In this document: positions 60,002-64,000 of the stretch, piece by piece
How the letters are laid out: each line of letters begins with the position of its first letter
How positions within the stretch are numbered: position 1 is the stretch's first letter
NCBI GenBank assembly: GCA_041650915.1
Contig: JBAZKE010000001.1
Coordinates: forward strand, 119,770-183,769
Source: Patescibacteria group bacterium
GTDB lineage: Bacteria > Patescibacteriota > Patescibacteriia > UBA10025 > JAHIVO01
Length of the DNA: 64,000 nucleotides
Reading direction: 5' to 3'
Position numbers and translations under genes: made by a program
Notes under the pieces: generated by a model
Seen by the model: only the letters and a program-made list of their open reading frames with translations
The model's database searches: none
What the model was told of the DNA's origin: nothing

Positions 60002-60748
60002 ATGGAGAACCTTGCCGTTAAAAAGCTCCATGTCGTTGCAGGGGGCAGGAAGATCCTCAAAGGCCTCAGCCTCTCCGTGAAGCCCGGAGAGATCCATGCG
60101 CTTATGGGCCCGAACGGTTCGGGCAAATCAACGCTCGCATCCGCTATTATGGGCCATCCCGGATACCGTGTGACGAACGGATCAATCTGGCTGAAAGGGA
60201 AGCGCATCACGGCGAAAAAACCAGATGAGCGGGCTCGGCTCGGCCTCTTTCTGTCGTTTCAGTATCCCGTTGAAGTGCCCGGCTTGTCGATCGAACATTT
60301 CTTGAGGTCAGCGTACCGTGCGGTCCATCCGGACAGGGCAATGCCGCCTCTCGAATTCAGAAAACACTTTGAACACAAGCTCAAGCTCCTCGGTATTAGG
60401 CGGAAATTAACCGACCGTTCGCTCAACGAGGGATTTTCTGGTGGAGAAAAGAAAAAAATGGAAATACTCCAGCTCGCCGTACTGGAGCCCACCGTCGCGA
60501 TACTCGATGAAACTGATTCGGGGCTCGACATCGATGCACTGCGGGCAGTCACGCAGGGCATCAACAGGGTGATGAATCCGCAGATGAGCATCCTCGTGAT
60601 CACCCACTACTGCCGGATACTGAAGTACCTTAAGCCGGACCACGTGCACGTCGTACGTGACGGCAAGCTCGTGCGGTCAGGTGCCCGCTCGCTTGCAACG
60701 CAGATCGAGAGGCGGGGGTACGATTGGCTTTGGAAGAAGGGCATATGA
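60002..60748 (+). CDS. sufC: Fe-S assembly ATPase SufC
   Basis: MGPNGSGKSTL, FQYPVEVPG, NEGFSGGEKK, DETDSGLDIDAL. Confidence 0.97.
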   Translation: MENLAVKKLHVVAGGRKILKGLSLSVKPGEIHALMGPNGSGKSTLASAIMGHPGYRVTNGSIWLKGKRITAKKPDERARLGLFLSFQYPVEVPGLSIEHFLRSAYRAVHPDRAMPPLEFRKHFEHKLKLLGIRRKLTDRSLNEGFSGGEKKKMEILQLAVLEPTVAILDETDSGLDIDALRAVTQGINRVMNPQMSILVITHYCRILKYLKPDHVHVVRDGKLVRSGARSLATQIERRGYDWLWKKGI

Positions 60749-62145
60749 GGAAAACGCTTCCCAGTATCGGCACTGAAGCGGCGGCCGAGCGGCCCGACGA
60801 GGTCGCGTATTCGTACTCGAGCGGAAAGGGGCTGTCAGAAAAGATCGTCGAAGAGATTTCACACGTTAAATCCGAGCCTGACTGGATGCGCCGCAAACGC
60901 CTGCACGGGTACCGCACCTTCATGAGAAAGCCGATGCAGCGGTGGGGGCCGGATGTATCACCCATTGATTTCGGCGAACTATACTACTACCTCAAGCCAA
61001 CAGAACGCGTCGCAGAGAGTTGGAATGACGTGCCGCCAGCGATAAAGTCAACATACGATCGCCTCGGCATCCCCGCAGCGGAGCGGAAGCATCTCACCGG
61101 AGTAATGGCACAGTATGAGTCAGAGGCGGTATACCATTCCATACAGGAGAAGATGGAAAAAATCGGGGTGATCTTTACCGATATGGATACGGGTCTCAGG
61201 AAACACCCGGAACTCATTGAACGGTACTTCGGTACGGTCGTTCCCGCCGGCGACAATAAATTTTCGGCACTCAATACGGCGGTGTGGTCAGGCGGCAGCC
61301 TCGTGTACATTCCCGAGGGAGTGTCGGTTGATTTTCCGCTGCAGTCCTACTTCAGGATCAATGCAGAACGGGCAGGGCAATTCGAACGCACGCTCATCAT
61401 TGCAGAACCCGGCAGCTTCGTGCACTATATGGAAGGCTGTACGGCTCCCGTGTACTCCTCGGCTTCCCTCCACTCAGCGGTCGTGGAAATCATCGTCAAG
61501 CCCGGTGCGCGCGTCCGGTATACGACCGTGCAGAACTGGTCCCGTAACGTGTATAACCTCGTCACCAAGCGTTCATTCGTGTATGAGGAGGGGACCGTCG
61601 AGTGGGTCGATGGGAACCTCGGCAGCCGGGTGACCATGAAGTACCCGTCCGTCTACCTGCTCGGCAGGAAGGCGCGCGGTGACCTGCTCTCGATCGCGCT
61701 CGCCGGCCGGGGCCAGCACCAGGATGCCGGCGCCAAGGCGATTCACGGCGCCCCCGAAACATCTTCAAATATCATTTCCAAGTCGATTTCAAAGGAGGGG
61801 GGGCGGACATCGTACCGAGGCCTCGTTCGGGTTGCACGGGGGATGGAGGGCGTGCGTTCGAACGTTGTCTGCGATGCGCTTTTGCTCGATGAGCATTCGC
61901 GGTCGGACACGTACCCGAGGATGGAGATACGTGAGCCGCGCTCGCGCATCGGCCATGAAGCGTCCGTCGGCCGCATCGGCGAGGACCAGCTCTTCTACCT
62001 CATGAGCCGCGGGCTTACTGAGGCGCAGGCAATGAGCATGATCGTATCGGGCTTTATTGAGCCGATCGTGAAGGAGCTTCCGCTCGAATACGCAGCGGAG
62101 CTCGACCGCCTCATTGAACTCGAGATGGAAGGATCAGTAGGATAA
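60745..62145 (+). CDS. sufB: Fe-S assembly protein SufB
   Basis: AQYESE, GQFERTLIIA, EGCTAP, TMKYPS, LEMEGSVG. Confidence 0.97.
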   Translation: MRKTLPSIGTEAAAERPDEVAYSYSSGKGLSEKIVEEISHVKSEPDWMRRKRLHGYRTFMRKPMQRWGPDVSPIDFGELYYYLKPTERVAESWNDVPPAIKSTYDRLGIPAAERKHLTGVMAQYESEAVYHSIQEKMEKIGVIFTDMDTGLRKHPELIERYFGTVVPAGDNKFSALNTAVWSGGSLVYIPEGVSVDFPLQSYFRINAERAGQFERTLIIAEPGSFVHYMEGCTAPVYSSASLHSAVVEIIVKPGARVRYTTVQNWSRNVYNLVTKRSFVYEEGTVEWVDGNLGSRVTMKYPSVYLLGRKARGDLLSIALAGRGQHQDAGAKAIHGAPETSSNIISKSISKEGGRTSYRGLVRVARGMEGVRSNVVCDALLLDEHSRSDTYPRMEIREPRSRIGHEASVGRIGEDQLFYLMSRGLTEAQAMSMIVSGFIEPIVKELPLEYAAELDRLIELEMEGSVG

Positions 62146-62155
62146 GGCGCACATT

Positions 62156-62776
62156 ATGCCACTCGCTCAAATGGATATAAAGGTAAGCGGCTCGGCAGCC
62201 ATTTCCAGACCTACGCGCTGTGTCATCCGGGCAGGCGTGCATGCCACCGTTGATCTGGCGGGTACGCAGACCGCTTTGTTTATCCTGGAGCGGGAGAGCT
62301 TGTTGCAGCTCGTGAATGTGGTACGGAACCACGGCACCATTGAGCAGGTTGTCGGGATTGAACTCTGCGGAACGGGCGCCCGGGCCGAGGTGCTCGCGGG
62401 ATTTCACGGAAAGGGGAGAGCCCGGCACTCGTTTGATATAACCATGCACCATCGGGCGCCAAAAACAAAAGGTGGTATACTGATACATGGGGTATTCGAA
62501 GGGCGGTCGGCGGGAGCGTTCACTGGAATGATTAAGATAGATCCGGGAGCGCAGCAGGCACAGTCGCACTTCACCGACAATGTGCTCCTGCTTGATGGAG
62601 CCACGGCGACATCAGTGCCGAAACTCGAGATTTTAGCTGATGACGTGCGCGCTTCACACGCTTCGACGACGAGCGGAATTGACGAGCGGCAGCTCTTCTA
62701 TCTGATGTCACGGGGAATCGCCGATGCCGAAGCGAGGAGCATGATCGTGGAAAGTTTTTTACATCCGGTCATCTGA
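62156..62776 (+). CDS. sufD: short SufD-family protein
   Basis: PKLEILADDVRASHAS, QLFYLMSRGI; suf synteny. Confidence 0.88.
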   Translation: MPLAQMDIKVSGSAAISRPTRCVIRAGVHATVDLAGTQTALFILERESLLQLVNVVRNHGTIEQVVGIELCGTGARAEVLAGFHGKGRARHSFDITMHHRAPKTKGGILIHGVFEGRSAGAFTGMIKIDPGAQQAQSHFTDNVLLLDGATATSVPKLEILADDVRASHASTTSGIDERQLFYLMSRGIADAEARSMIVESFLHPVI

Positions 62777-62789
62777 TAGAGCAGCAACT

Positions 62790-64000
62790 ATGGGCAGAAA
62801 ACTAGGAGAGAAAATCCGCAAGGAGTTCCCGATTTTTCATAACAATCCAGACCTTGTCTTCCTCGATTCCGCAGCTTCGACACAGAAACCTCGGGCAGTC
62901 ATCGATGCAGTGAGCGAATGCTATGATCGTTACTACGCGAATGTGCACCGAGGAATATATTCCCTCTCAGAGCGGTCGTCGGAGGCGTATGAGGCGGTGC
63001 GGGAAAAGGTGCGTTCGTTCATCAACGCAGGTTCCGTCAGGGAAGTCATTTTTACCCGCAATGCGACCGAGAGCATCAACCTCGTCGCGTATTCGTGGGG
63101 CAGGCATACACTTCAGAAGGGGGATGAGATCCTCATAACCATCATGGAGCACCATGCGAATATGGTGCCGTGGCAGGAGCTTGCACGCGAACGTGGCGCT
63201 GTGCTGAAGTACGCGCCGATCACGCCTGAGGGAAGGATTGACCTCAGAGCATTCGCGCGGCTCCTCAGCGAGAAGACGAAGCTCGTGGCATTCACCCACA
63301 TGTCGAACGTGCTCGGCACGATTAATCCGGTCACAGAGATGGTACGCATGATCCGTAAGCATACGGGCGCGGTCATTCTGGTTGACGGGGCGCAGAGCGT
63401 GCCGCATTTTCCGGTTGACGTGCAAGCCCTCGGAGTTGATTTCTACGCATTTTCGTCGCACAAGATGCTCGGCCCATCCGGGGTTGGGGTACTGTTTGGA
63501 AAGCAGGAGCTGCTCGAATCAATGCCGCCTTTCCTGACGGGCGGAGATATGATCTCCCGCGTACGAATCGGGGGCGCGGAGTGGAACGAACTCCCGTGGA
63601 AGTTTGAGGCCGGTACGCCGAGCATCGCCGACGTGATCGGTTTCGGTGCGGCAATCGACTTTCTGCAGTCGATCGGCATGGGAAATGTTTTTCAGCACGA
63701 GCTCGAGCTGACGGCCGAGGCTCTCGATGTGCTTAAAAAGATTGGCGGCATATCAATCGTAGGACCTGGCGAAGCAAAAGAGCGGGGGAGCGCTATAGCC
63801 TTTACCGTCGCGGACGTCCATCCGCACGACCTTGCTTCAATTTTTGATGAGGAGGGCGTTGCGGTGCGGGCAGGAAACCACTGTACGCAGCCGCTCCACG
63901 AGCATATTGGAATACCGGCGACGGCCCGTGCGAGCTTTTACCTCTATAATACGAGTCAAGATATCCATGCACTCGTAGATGCAATTAATAAAGTCAAAAA
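62790..64000 (+). CDS. sufS: cysteine desulfurase SufS (3' truncated by window edge; not in the ORF track)
   Basis: LDSAASTQKP, ANVHRG, EHHANMVPWQ, SSHKMLGP, FEAGTP, RAGNHC read from the DNA. Confidence 0.95.
   Translation, partial: MGRKLGEKIRKEFPIFHNNPDLVFLDSAASTQKPRAVIDAVSECYDRYYANVHRGIYSLSERSSEAYEAVREKVRSFINAGSVREVIFTRNATESINLVAYSWGRHTLQKGDEILITIMEHHANMVPWQELARERGAVLKYAPITPEGRIDLRAFARLLSEKTKLVAFTHMSNVLGTINPVTEMVRMIRKHTGAVILVDGAQSVPHFPVDVQALGVDFYAFSSHKMLGPSGVGVLFGKQELLESMPPFLTGGDMISRVRIGGAEWNELPWKFEAGTPSIADVIGFGAAIDFLQSIGMGNVFQHELELTAEALDVLKKIGGISIVGPGEAKERGSAIAFTVADVHPHDLASIFDEEGVAVRAGNHCTQPLHEHIGIPATARASFYLYNTSQDIHALVDAINKVK

Overview
A 64-kb stretch of a bacterial chromosome whose gene content and style (ychF, rpsF-ssb-rpsR-efp, trpS, rnj, secG, uvrC/uvrA, CIRCE-groESL, ppsA, dnaG-rpoD, mltG, rlmN, FG-GAP-tailed surface proteins, AMP phosphorylase, fur-sufCBDS; many genes without Shine-Dalgarno sites) suggest a Patescibacteria/CPR (Parcubacteria-like) organism. 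That assignment is an inference. Four intact tRNA genes are visible: Leu-CAG, Ser-GGA and two very different Asn-GTT genes. The strongest signals concern tRNA-Asn. (1) The second tRNA-Asn (41174-41249) sits behind a complete ribosome-mediated attenuator: a sigma70 promoter, an 18-aa leader with five consecutive Asn codons, a 13/14-bp antiterminator and an overlapping intrinsic terminator. It looks like a backup tRNA gene switched on when Asn codons stall. (2) The first tRNA-Asn (29797-29868) is nested inside a second copy of itself that is cut into six pieces by small palindromic insertions. Fragments of a third copy bracket a PadR/DUF1048 cargo cassette. Other points of interest are a structured intergenic RNA with several Shine-Dalgarno-like motifs (645-961), a second leader-peptide attenuator (43117-43615), signs of domain shuffling on FG-GAP surface proteins, and a Fur-family regulator with an extra Cys-rich tail in front of suf. 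All calls come from reading the sequence by eye; no database searches were run.
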